Notes: generated by a model from the letters alone, not told the origin. 64,000 bases of DNA from a virus (IMGVR_UViG_3300037466_002533:24763-88762), one strand, 5' to 3'; shown: positions 9,324-16,398, counted from the stretch's first letter. Program-made: numbers and translations.

Positions 9324-9481
9324 GCAAGCATAAGGCAGCCGCTGGGCGCCGGACCGACGAGCACCAGAGGATGGTGCTAGGTCTCCGGTCGTCCGGGGCT
9401 GCCCGCTGGGACCACCGCCCTCGGCGTCTTCGCACCCGAGCCGACGTTAAGCGTCAGGCCCTGCGGGACCAGCAAGGATGA
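9320..9481 (+). CDS. Small Arg-rich hypothetical protein (53 aa, MSKHKAAAGRRTDEH...)
   Basis: Read by hand; ATGA overlap with the upstream ORF, GAGG SD. Confidence 0.55.
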   Translation: MSKHKAAAGRRTDEHQRMVLGLRSSGAARWDHRPRRLRTRADVKRQALRDQQG

Positions 9482-9568
9482 GTGGGCGCCCCGCGTGTTG
9501 CCACGCGAAGTTGTGGTGTGGTCGTTTAAGCCTGAGCACGCGCACGGGCTAGGACCCACTCGATCGCC

Positions 9569-9946
9569 TTAGGCTGGCTTCCCGAACGCCATATCTCTGC
9601 CTCGCTTGAGGACTCGAATGACCCTGTTCAGTTCCGGCCAATTGAGCACGGAGAACACCGAATTGTACCCGAACTCTCGGGGTCCGTGCCCACCACTGGA
9701 CACGATGCCCAGGATCCGTGCGCCTACGTCACGGGTAGACAGGTCGGAGAGGTTGGCGTCGAGCACCGCTCGGCCAATGCGCGCCAGCGTCTCCGGGTCG
9801 CCGTACAACTGGTCCACCAGGCTCTTGTCGAAGTTCTTGGTGGTGACCCCCACCCGAACCTCCTGGCCGCCGCTCTCCTCGCCCTTGCCCCAGAGGACTT
9901 CTACGTCGAAGTTTCCTCCGCTACTGCTGATGTGTTCCTTTGGCAT
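9569..9946 (-). CDS. Hypothetical protein
   Basis: MPKEHISSSGG...; start refined from track ORF 9569-9979. Confidence 0.6.
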   Translation of the reverse strand: MPKEHISSSGGNFDVEVLWGKGEESGGQEVRVGVTTKNFDKSLVDQLYGDPETLARIGRAVLDANLSDLSTRDVGARILGIVSSGGHGPREFGYNSVFSVLNWPELNRVIRVLKRGRDMAFGKPA

Positions 9947-10017
9947 CTCGCCATCTCTCTTTCCGCCCATCACGGGCATCTTTTATAACTCTCCGGACCC
10001 TAGCGGCCGGAATCTTA

Positions 10018-10329
10018 TCAAGCTCGCGCTGGGGCAGTCCACTGGCCCTGGTCGTCACCCTGGGTCCGGCTGGTGGCCCAGAAGATGTCGTTGCCGTCCA
10101 GCAACACCGAGAGGTTCACAGAATCATTGGAGAGGTTACCCCACACGCGCACGACAACTGCCGGGTATACGTCACCGGCGTAAGCATGATTGCCGACGTG
10201 GGCGACGTGCCCAGTATCAGGGCCGCCAGCCTTGCGATAATCGTTGAAGTCCTTTCGCCGCCTGTTGATGGCGTCAGCATCGTACTGAGTCAAGGTATAC
10301 AGGACGATACTGCCCGGTGATGCAATCAT
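10018..10329 (-). CDS. Hypothetical protein
   Basis: 103 aa with PAVVVRVWG..VNLSVLLDG pattern; GAGG SD. Confidence 0.7.
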   Translation of the reverse strand: MIASPGSIVLYTLTQYDADAINRRRKDFNDYRKAGGPDTGHVAHVGNHAYAGDVYPAVVVRVWGNLSNDSVNLSVLLDGNDIFWATSRTQGDDQGQWTAPARA

Positions 10330-10346
10330 GAATGTGTGTATCCTCT

Positions 10347-10598
10347 CTAGGCGTTGATCTGCTGAAGTCGATCCTGCGACTCCTTGATGACGTGGGCCAC
10401 GATCGGCTCCACGATCTCCCGGTTCAGGAACTCGGTGGCTCCAGCCACCTGTTCCTCGGTGGGAATTCCCTGCCAGCTCACAGAGGCCTCTACGCCGGGC
10501 TTTATCCAGTTCTGGAGCTGTCCGCCGGAGCTGATCGACAGGGATGCGTCCAGCTTCATCGTCAGGGTGAACCGGTCCACCGGTGCATCATCGGACAT
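10347..10598 (-). CDS. Hypothetical protein
   Basis: 83 aa, TAAATG coupling with the upstream ORF. Confidence 0.6.
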   Translation of the reverse strand: MSDDAPVDRFTLTMKLDASLSISSGGQLQNWIKPGVEASVSWQGIPTEEQVAGATEFLNREIVEPIVAHVIKESQDRLQQINA

Positions 10599-10799
10599 TT
10601 AGTTTTCCTCCTCGATCTCCACCAGGTATCCGTTGTTCTCCAGGTGGATGATGATGTCTTCGCCCAGCGTCGTGGGGGTTTGTCCACGACGGCCACTCTC
10701 CAGGAGCGGGGTGCCCCTGCCTCGGTTGACGACATGTATGACGTAGTCCTTGGCGGCAGACTTCTCCTCGGCGCTCTGCGTCTTCTTCTCGACCTGCAT
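10599..10799 (-). CDS. Hypothetical protein (MQVEKKTQ...)
   Basis: TAATG overlap with the upstream ORF; track ORF 10599-11069 is over-extended. Confidence 0.6.
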   Translation of the reverse strand: MQVEKKTQSAEEKSAAKDYVIHVVNRGRGTPLLESGRRGQTPTTLGEDIIIHLENNGYLVEIEEEN

Positions 10800-11137
10800 T
10801 ACTTCCGGAACTCCTTTATGACGTTCTTGGTGTTCAGGTCGGTCAGTATGATGATCTCTGCGCCGGAGTTGGCCCACGAGTGAAACTGGCTCTCGGCGTC
10901 CGCCGATCCGGAGAAGAACTTCACCCTGGAGGTCTTCTGTTCCCCGGCTATCGTCCGATATGCCTGCTCGACTCGGTAGTTGTAGAACGACGACACGCTT
11001 TCTTCCACCTTCTCGATATTCGCCATGTAGCCGAATTCGGCCAGTTGGCCGATTATCTGGTCGCCCCACCTGGAGTCGAGCAGGGGTCGCTGTTCACGAC
11101 CCTCGTCCGGCTCCACACGAATCAGATGGTATCCCAC
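10799..11137 (-). CDS. Hypothetical protein, probably leaderless
   Basis: GTG start 6 nt downstream of -10 TATACT (11144-11149). Confidence 0.6.
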   Translation of the reverse strand: MGYHLIRVEPDEGREQRPLLDSRWGDQIIGQLAEFGYMANIEKVEESVSSFYNYRVEQAYRTIAGEQKTSRVKFFSGSADAESQFHSWANSGAEIIILTDLNTKNVIKEFRK

Positions 11138-11158
11138 CAGGGAAGTATAGAGTATCTT

Positions 11159-11623
11159 TTAGTACCTTGCATTCCGACCGGAGATGAGCTGACCCCTTTG
11201 CGGGACGAAAGGCTTCCATAGCGGGATCATACCCGCCTCCTCCGGGGTACGGTCGCGCTTCTTGACGTTGCAGGTCTTGCAGGCGGCGATGGTGTTGGTC
11301 CAGGTGGACTTGCCACCCTTGGATACCGGGTGGACATGGTCTATGGTGTTGGCGGCCCCGCCGCAGTAGGCACACTTGTACTTGTCCCGCCGCAGCACGC
11401 CGGACTTACTCCAGACGATCGGCTTGGAGTAGAACCAGTCCAGCTTCTGGTACTTGATCAGGCGCATCGACAGCGGGAACGGAAACGGCCCGAAAGGGCG
11501 GTCCTCATCTACCTCATCGAACTCCGCCACGTTCCGGATGTACATGCGGATGGCGTGACCTGGAGTGACGTAGAGGATGGGTTCCATTCCGGCGTTCTTC
11601 ACCAGAACACTCTTGCGGGCCAC
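11159..11623 (-). CDS. HNH endonuclease (McrA-like)
   Basis: VLRRDKYKCAYCG...TIDHVHPVSKGGKSTWTNTIAACKTCNVKK. Confidence 0.92.
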   Translation of the reverse strand: MARKSVLVKNAGMEPILYVTPGHAIRMYIRNVAEFDEVDEDRPFGPFPFPLSMRLIKYQKLDWFYSKPIVWSKSGVLRRDKYKCAYCGGAANTIDHVHPVSKGGKSTWTNTIAACKTCNVKKRDRTPEEAGMIPLWKPFVPQRGQLISGRNARY

Positions 11624-11714
11624 GGGGATTCAATTCCCTTTCCTATCCGCCGCCCTCACACAAGGCGAACCTCATTCCTCTGAGGCATCCTATCAGAATA
11701 GGTCCAAAGAGATA

Positions 11715-12173
11715 TCAGATCTTCAGCGCTTCGAGGGCGAGAGAGTACTTGTTCATCAGTCGACTGCGGGTGGCCTCGTCCAGCCTGGCCAGTCTTTCAG
11801 GGTCGGTGTTGTGGGCGATGTCGGCCAACTTCACCAGGCGGGCCACCCGGTGATTCCTGACTCGGGCCCAGTACTTCTCGTTGGTCTCATCCGGAAGATG
11901 GGTCAGAATGAGCACCAATGTCACCACGTAGCTCGGGAACCCCTTGTCGAGCAGCGATATCGCAGCCTTCAGGCCGCCGCAGTCCTCGATGACGTCGTGA
12001 AGCCATGCCACAGCCTCCAGGAGGTCGATCTCCGGATCGTCCGCATGCCGCTCGCGCACGATCCTGGCCACGGCCTCGGGGTGATCGTAGTACGGTGCCC
12101 CCAGCTTGTCGGTCTGACCCAGATGAGACGATATGGCGAACTGCCTGGCATTGTCCACAAGAATGGAGTCCAT
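11715..12173 (-). CDS. HD-domain protein, RelA/SpoT hydrolase (MESH1/SAH)-like
   Basis: A..FA...H.GQ.DK.G.PY..HP..VA, AWLHDVIED, VKLADIAHN. Confidence 0.85.
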   Translation of the reverse strand: MDSILVDNARQFAISSHLGQTDKLGAPYYDHPEAVARIVRERHADDPEIDLLEAVAWLHDVIEDCGGLKAAISLLDKGFPSYVVTLVLILTHLPDETNEKYWARVRNHRVARLVKLADIAHNTDPERLARLDEATRSRLMNKYSLALEALKI

Positions 12174-12176
12174 CGA

Positions 12177-12704
12177 TCAATCGCCTTTCACGTTCAGCAC
12201 CTGACGAAGCTCGTGCTTGATCTCCACCAGATCCTCCTCATAATTGTTCGAGCGCTTCATTTCCTTAAGTAGATCGGAAACCCTCTTCGAGAGATCAACA
12301 TCCCTCGGATCTCTCCTCAGCAGCCTTCCCTTATCATCTCGCATCCTGGGAGGCCTATTATCGAACCAGAGTAGTGCCAGATCGGCCTGGTCTCGCTTCA
12401 GCACCAGGTACGGAAGCATATCACGTAACAACGACGCGGCCCCACAGCCACTGGTCTGATATATGTAGGCGCAGCGACGAGACTCTCTTTTCAACTCACA
12501 TATGGCTCCGTCGTACTTGTCACGGAGGTTATAGAATATCCGATCCACCTTTGGCGACCTATTCTGGGTTATCTGAACACGGAGTGTTCTACCAGTTCCT
12601 CCCCCGGCATAGGTGCCAATATTCCCCTCCCCATCGAAGAATCCGACAAGATAAGACATCTCAACACTAGTCGCCCTTGATGTTGACGATCTGTCTGAGG
12701 ACAT
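12177..12704 (-). CDS. Single-motif LAGLIDADG homing endonuclease fused to a duplicate RtcB C-terminus
   Basis: SYLVGFFDGEGNI, LRVQITQ, LLRDMLPYLVLKRDQADL; ends DLVEIKHELRQVLNVKGD; visibly more AT-rich than its neighbours. Confidence 0.88.
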   Translation of the reverse strand: MSSDRSSTSRATSVEMSYLVGFFDGEGNIGTYAGGGTGRTLRVQITQNRSPKVDRIFYNLRDKYDGAICELKRESRRCAYIYQTSGCGAASLLRDMLPYLVLKRDQADLALLWFDNRPPRMRDDKGRLLRRDPRDVDLSKRVSDLLKEMKRSNNYEEDLVEIKHELRQVLNVKGD

Positions 12705-13824
12705 ATCTCACCTCCACCAGATCAGAAGAGTCATTCATAACTACTTCGACGTCCTTGTAGGCGTCCGGGTGCTCGTCCAGGAAGGCATCGGACTCGCCCC
12801 AAGCGATGCCCTCCATGCGGGCGTCCAGGTCCTCCCGGGTGAATCTGGACTTGGCCTTCGAGCGGGAGTACTCCCTACCGGCACCGTGCGGTGCGGAATT
12901 GAAGGACGACTCGTTGCCAAGCCCCTGGACCACGTAAGAACGAGTTCCCATGGATCCGGGGATCAACCCCCACTGTCCGGGCTCTGCGTTGATCGCGCCC
13001 TTGCGGGACAGCCACACACCATCGCCCAACTTCTCGGTGTAGTTGTGATGGCAAGAGATGTCCTGACGCCACTGCACGAACTCCCGCCCCATGAACAGGG
13101 ACAGGGCGAAGGATACCCGGCCCATCATCTCGATCCGGTTGAGTAGAGCGAACTGCTGTGCCCAGTTGAGAGCTTCGATATAGGAGTCGAACTCGCTGGT
13201 TCCCTCCTCCAGATAGGCCAGGTCGCGATTCGGCAGTTTCTTGCCGTCGCAGAGCTTCTGAGCCACCTCGATGTGCTTCTGGGCCAGCCTGTTGCCCACC
13301 CCACGGGATCCGGAGTGCAGGAACATCCACACCCGGTCATCCTCGTCCAGGCTGACCTCGATGAAGTGGTTGCCCGAACCCAGGGATCCAAGCTGCAGCC
13401 GCCAATTGGGAGATACCTCCTCGGCCTGCTCGATGCCGGGGAGGGACTCCAGGGCGAAGATCCGGGAGGATTTGGCGCGGCCGGAGGGGCTGTTGTACTT
13501 CCCCGCCGACAGCGGGATATCCTTCGAGATAGCTGCATGCAGGACACGCAGATCGCCTGCGGCCAGCAGGTCATCGCGCCTGAACTGGGTCAACACCGCG
13601 TTCATGCCGCAGCCGATGTCCACACCGACGGCGGCAGGCATGATCGCGCCCATGGTCGGGATGACGGAGCCTACGGTGGCACCCTTGCCCAGATGGGCAT
13701 CCGGCATCAGAGCCAGCCAGGGCTGTACGAACGGCATGGAGGCGGTCTGGAAGGCCTGCTCCAGCGTCTGCGGCGCGATGATCGACGCCCAGTTGAGCAG
13801 CTTGTCGTTCAGGATCTGCATCAT
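12667..13824 (-). CDS. rtcB: RtcB RNA 3'-phosphate/5'-OH ligase (bacterial type)
   Basis: MPDAHLGKG, VGVDIGCGM, LGSLGSGNHFIE, LHSGSRG, CHHNYT, RKGA, IPGSMG, SAPHGAGR, DEHPDAYKD. Confidence 0.97.
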   Translation of the reverse strand: MMQILNDKLLNWASIIAPQTLEQAFQTASMPFVQPWLALMPDAHLGKGATVGSVIPTMGAIMPAAVGVDIGCGMNAVLTQFRRDDLLAAGDLRVLHAAISKDIPLSAGKYNSPSGRAKSSRIFALESLPGIEQAEEVSPNWRLQLGSLGSGNHFIEVSLDEDDRVWMFLHSGSRGVGNRLAQKHIEVAQKLCDGKKLPNRDLAYLEEGTSEFDSYIEALNWAQQFALLNRIEMMGRVSFALSLFMGREFVQWRQDISCHHNYTEKLGDGVWLSRKGAINAEPGQWGLIPGSMGTRSYVVQGLGNESSFNSAPHGAGREYSRSKAKSRFTREDLDARMEGIAWGESDAFLDEHPDAYKDVEVVMNDSSDLVEVRYVLRQIVNIKGD

Positions 13825-13831
13825 GCCCTAA

Positions 13832-13848
13832 ACGATAGCATATCTCTT
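13832..13848 (-). promoter_or_regulatory. Candidate leaderless promoter for rtcB
   Basis: AAGAGATA-TGC-TATCGT, with ATG 7 nt downstream of the -10. Confidence 0.5.
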
Positions 13849-13906
13849 AAGCAAAAGGCCCCTGCGCATTTGAGCATCGTGGAGAGGCTTGGCAGGGGCT
13901 CGGTTG

Positions 13907-13976
13907 CTGCCAGGGTAGGTGTCGAACCTACACCACGAGGGTCAAAGCCTCGCTGCCCTGCCGAGAGCACCTGGCA
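13907..13976 (-). tRNA. trnQ: tRNA-Gln(UUG), reduced D-arm
   Basis: Acceptor TGCCAGG/CCTGGCA, anticodon arm CGAGG-CTTTGAC-CCTCG, T-loop TTCGACA. Confidence 0.8.
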
Positions 13977-13981
13977 ATAGG

Positions 13982-14053
13982 CCGACGCGGCTGGATTCGA
14001 ACCGAGCTTCCCGAGCTTTGCCACCCGTGGTCCACCATGGACTCTTCACGTCG
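13982..14053 (-). tRNA. Atypical tRNA-like gene, anticodon undetermined (6- or 8-nt loop containing GGC/GCA)
   Basis: Acceptor CGACGTG/CGCGTCG, D-arm GTCC/GGAC, bulged T-stem with TTCGAAT; loop CGGGT-GGCAAA-GCTCG. Confidence 0.55.
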
Positions 14054-14057
14054 CCGG

Positions 14058-14130
14058 AGCCCGAGACCTGATTCGAACAGGCGCTTCCACGTTACGAGGG
14101 TGGCGTGCTACCGCTAGACACTACCCGGGC
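14058..14130 (-). tRNA. trnT: tRNA-Thr(CGU)
   Basis: Cloverleaf, anticodon loop CTCGTAA. Confidence 0.9.
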
Positions 14131-14131
14131 G

Positions 14132-14205
14132 AGCCCCAAGCCGAGTATGATTCGGCACCTTCGCTTTACAAGAGCGACGTTCTAGCCGGTTGAAACTATT
14201 GGGGC
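14132..14205 (-). tRNA. trnT: tRNA-Thr(UGU), A54/U58 T-loop
   Basis: Loop CTTGTAA; T-loop ATCATAC. Confidence 0.88.
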
Positions 14206-14209
14206 TAGT

Positions 14210-14289
14210 GCACGGTGCTCTATCCCCTGAGCTACATCGCGTCCCATGAGGGATAGCAGGCACGGATTCGAACCGTGCGACCTCCGCGC
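14210..14289 (-). ncRNA. Circularly permuted tRNA-like module (T-arm before D-arm), Yrl-like but without a Ro-binding stem
   Basis: GCGCGG-AGGTC-[GCACGG TTCGAAT CCGTGC]-imperfect acceptor hairpin-TA[GCTC AGGGGATA GAGC]A-CCGTGC; the termini pair. Confidence 0.65.
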
Positions 14290-14291
14290 CG

Positions 14292-14363
14292 AGCCCATGC
14301 CGAGATTCGAACTCGGTCTTCCATCGTACCAGGATGGCGTACCACCAGTAATACTTCACGGGC
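14292..14363 (-). tRNA. trnT: tRNA-Thr(GGU)
   Basis: CCATC-CTGGTAC-GATGG. Confidence 0.9.
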
Positions 14364-14511
14364 CTGCCCCTCTTCGCCCACCCGCTTCCAGGCGCGATGG
14401 CGACGATGTCCGACGCGGCTCCTGGACGGCTCATCCGAGCCAGACGCATCGGTGGATTGGTCGGGGACTCAACCCTCTGGGGTACACTACGGTTGCCGTG
14501 CGAGCCCATAG

Positions 14512-14585
14512 TCAGCCACCCGCGAGTCGAACGCGGTATCTCTGCAATCCCGATGCAGCGGATTATGCCGTTTTCCCAGTGGCTG
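14512..14585 (-). tRNA. trnP: tRNA-Pro(GGG), C33
   Basis: CTGCA-TCGGGAT-TGCAG; C1-G72, A73. Confidence 0.85.
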
Positions 14586-14601
14586 GTATTCAGTTATAGC
14601 G

Positions 14602-14675
14602 TCGGGATGGCAGGAGTTGAACCTGCTATCTTCCGGATCCGAACCGGACGGATTATGCCGTTTTCCCACATCCCG
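14602..14675 (-). tRNA. trnP: tRNA-Pro(CGG)
   Basis: TCCGG-TTCGGAT-CCGGA; C1-G72, A73. Confidence 0.9.
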
Positions 14676-14759
14676 TTAGCCCGAGGTTTGTCTGGATGGC
14701 TTACATCCACCGGCCGCGCCGGAGGGTCATCGCCGCTTCGCGATCCTCGGATCCCTTCG

Positions 14760-14832
14760 TCGGGGAGGTGGGACTCGAACCCACGTTCTCCTGCCTCCAA
14801 AGCAGGCGGCCTTGCCGCTGGCCTACACCCCG
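14760..14832 (-). tRNA. trnP: tRNA-Pro(UGG)
   Basis: CCTGC-TTTGGAG-GCAGG. Confidence 0.92.
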
Positions 14833-14932
14833 TTAGCCAGATCCCTGCTAGAGGAGCTGGGTTTCGCCTTAGGTCCGGTCTAGCAGTACGCGCCGGGTTT
14901 CAAGCCTCGGCCGCAACCGAACCACGGCTACG

Positions 14933-15007
14933 TGCCCCCGGCACGATTCGAACGTGCGACCCACTACTTAAAAGGAAGCTGCTCTGGCCAGACTGAGCTA
15001 CGGAGGC
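14933..15007 (-). tRNA. trnK: tRNA-Lys(UUU)
   Basis: Loop CTTTTAA, weak anticodon stem with a U-U mismatch. Confidence 0.85.
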
Positions 15008-15023
15008 ATATTAAGTTGTAACG

Positions 15024-15097
15024 CTCCGGTAGAAGGGTTCGAACCTACAACTTCCTCCTTAACAGGGAGGCACTCTGCCTAGTTGAGTTATACCGGA
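15024..15097 (-). tRNA. trnN: tRNA-Asn(GUU)
   Basis: CCTCC-CTGTTAA-GGAGG; G73. Confidence 0.92.
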
Positions 15098-15111
15098 ATA
15101 ACGGTACTGCG

Positions 15112-15185
15112 CCCACCTGGTTCGATTCGAACGAACGACATACCCGGCTTCAACGGGTCCCTCTCCCAGACTGAGGTACAGGTGG
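15112..15185 (-). tRNA. trnF: tRNA-Phe(GAA)
   Basis: ACCCG-TTGAAGC-CGGGT; G73 is atypical. Confidence 0.85.
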
Positions 15186-15284
15186 TTAGATGTTCACTTA
15201 TTACATCAACATCTTCTTTAGTGACTTAGGCTGAACCCCCCAGACGCCAGCTCCTCTATGCGTCTATCTATATCGACTGCCACG

Positions 15285-15370
15285 CGGAAAGCTGAGGTCA
15301 CGATCCCCAGCCGGTCTCCCGGCCCAACTCTTTAGCAAAGAGCGCCCACGCCCTGGTGGGTTAACCTTCC
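15285..15370 (-). tRNA. trnS: tRNA-Ser(GCU), A54/U58 T-loop
   Basis: Loop TTGCTAA, long variable arm, T-loop ATCGTGA. Confidence 0.88.
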
Positions 15371-15414
15371 ATGTCAGAAGTTTACCACTTTCGGTAAACT
15401 TCCGTCAACTCTAT

Positions 15415-15636
15415 TTAGTTGTCACCGCCGTCTTCGGCTACGGGGATGGAGATCTTGATATTCAGCCTGTCCTCGGAGTCTCGCCAGACCTCGATCTCCA
15501 TCTCGTCCAGGACAGGGGTTAGGTCCTCGGAGTCCACCCTGCTAGCCACTGCGGCCAGGGTCCGGACGATCGCCTCGAACCAATGGTCCTGCTTGTCCTG
15601 CTGCAGGACGGAGTGGGCTCTAACCATTGACGCCAT
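15415..15636 (-). CDS. Hypothetical protein within the tRNA array
   Basis: 73 aa, acidic; start overlaps an AACTTAATA motif. Confidence 0.6.
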   Translation of the reverse strand: MASMVRAHSVLQQDKQDHWFEAIVRTLAAVASRVDSEDLTPVLDEMEIEVWRDSEDRLNIKISIPVAEDGGDN

Positions 15637-15659
15637 ATTAAGTTTCCTTAGTTTTCACG

Positions 15660-15730
15660 AGGGGATGACGAGAATCGAACTCGCGTATTCAGTTTGGAAG
15701 ACTGACGCTCTACCGTTGAGCTACATCCCC
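15660..15730 (-). tRNA. trnG: tRNA-Gly(UCC)
   Basis: TCAGT-CTTCCAA-ACTGA; U73. Confidence 0.93.
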
Positions 15731-15868
15731 ATGCTAGCTGCGTCGATCGACATACGTTCCGCCACCACGGCGGTCGCCACGCCAACCTGCACGCTAGGTG
15801 CTGCATCCATAGCCGCCGCCAGTGAATGGGTGGTTGGGCCGTCCAGTCAGCGGTACACATGGATCGCG

Positions 15869-15940
15869 AGGCCCCGACGTGATTCGAACACGCACATAAC
15901 AGGGTTGCAGCCTGCTGCCTTACCATTCAGCCACGGGACC
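15869..15940 (-). tRNA. trnC: tRNA-Cys(GCA)
   Basis: GCAGG-CTGCAAC-CCTGT; U73. Confidence 0.93.
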
Positions 15941-15969
15941 ATCATCTAACTATTAAGTTGTACTCGCAC

Positions 15970-15986
15970 ATCATACCATATCTCTT
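15970..15986 (-). promoter_or_regulatory. Internal tRNA-array promoter candidate
   Basis: AAGAGATA-TGG-TATGAT, followed by an ACAACTTAATA motif. Confidence 0.5.
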
Positions 15987-15988
15987 TG

Positions 15989-16063
15989 TACCCCAGCCAG
16001 GGCTCGAACCTGGACCTTTCGGTTTTTAAGACCGTGCCATACTACCAGTTGGGCTACTGGGGC
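15989..16063 (-). tRNA. trnL: tRNA-Leu(UAA), short variable loop
   Basis: Loop CTTAAAA; A73. Confidence 0.85.
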
Positions 16064-16064
16064 G

Positions 16065-16148
16065 CGGAGGCCGGAGGGCACGATCCCCTGCGACTGAACG
16101 CTCAACCCGCTTCGAACGGGCGCCTGCCACCTGGCAGATTCAGCCTCC
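16065..16148 (-). tRNA. trnS: tRNA-Ser(CGA), A54/U58 T-loop
   Basis: Loop TTCGAAG, long variable arm, T-loop ATCGTGC. Confidence 0.87.
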
Positions 16149-16149
16149 A

Positions 16150-16235
16150 TGGCGGAAAGGCGGAGAATTGAACTCCACGGCTGTTAGACCGCGCTGACTT
16201 TCCAGATCAGCTCCGGGACCACCCGGTGCCCTTCC
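16150..16235 (-). tRNA. trnS: tRNA-Ser(GGA), CCA encoded
   Basis: CTGAT-CTGGAAA-GTCAG, long variable arm. Confidence 0.9.
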
Positions 16236-16236
16236 G

Positions 16237-16319
16237 AGGAGGGTAACAGTAACGATCTGTCAGGCTTGCACCTGGCCGAGTTTTCAAGACTCGCAGCCGG
16301 ACCTCCGGCACTACCCTCC
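16237..16319 (-). tRNA. trnS: tRNA-Ser(UGA), A54/U58 T-loop
   Basis: CGAGT-CTTGAAA-ACTCG, long variable arm, T-loop ATCGTTA. Confidence 0.87.
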
Positions 16320-16324
16320 GAGCG

Positions 16325-16398
16325 TACTCCTGGCCGGATTCGAACCGGCACTGGACGGGACTTGAGACCGTTGCCGCTGCCAATTGGGCTACAGGAGC
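16325..16398 (-). tRNA. trnL: tRNA-Leu(CAA), short variable loop
   Basis: Loop CTCAAGT; A73. Confidence 0.85.

Noticed and set aside
12177-12744. Group I intron or intein in rtcB
   Set aside because: rtcB is intact with its own stop; there is no room for a ribozyme core around the endonuclease ORF and no intein C/S...HN termini
14892-14911. Twister-ribozyme-like hairpin GCCGGG-TTTCAAGC-CTCGGC
   Set aside because: It is on the non-transcribed (+) strand, and the required P2 partner, GAG and pseudoknot segments are missing
15731-15860. ORF or ncRNA between Cys and Gly(UCC)
   Set aside because: Only short hairpins and weak mini-ORFs; not distinguishable from GC-rich background
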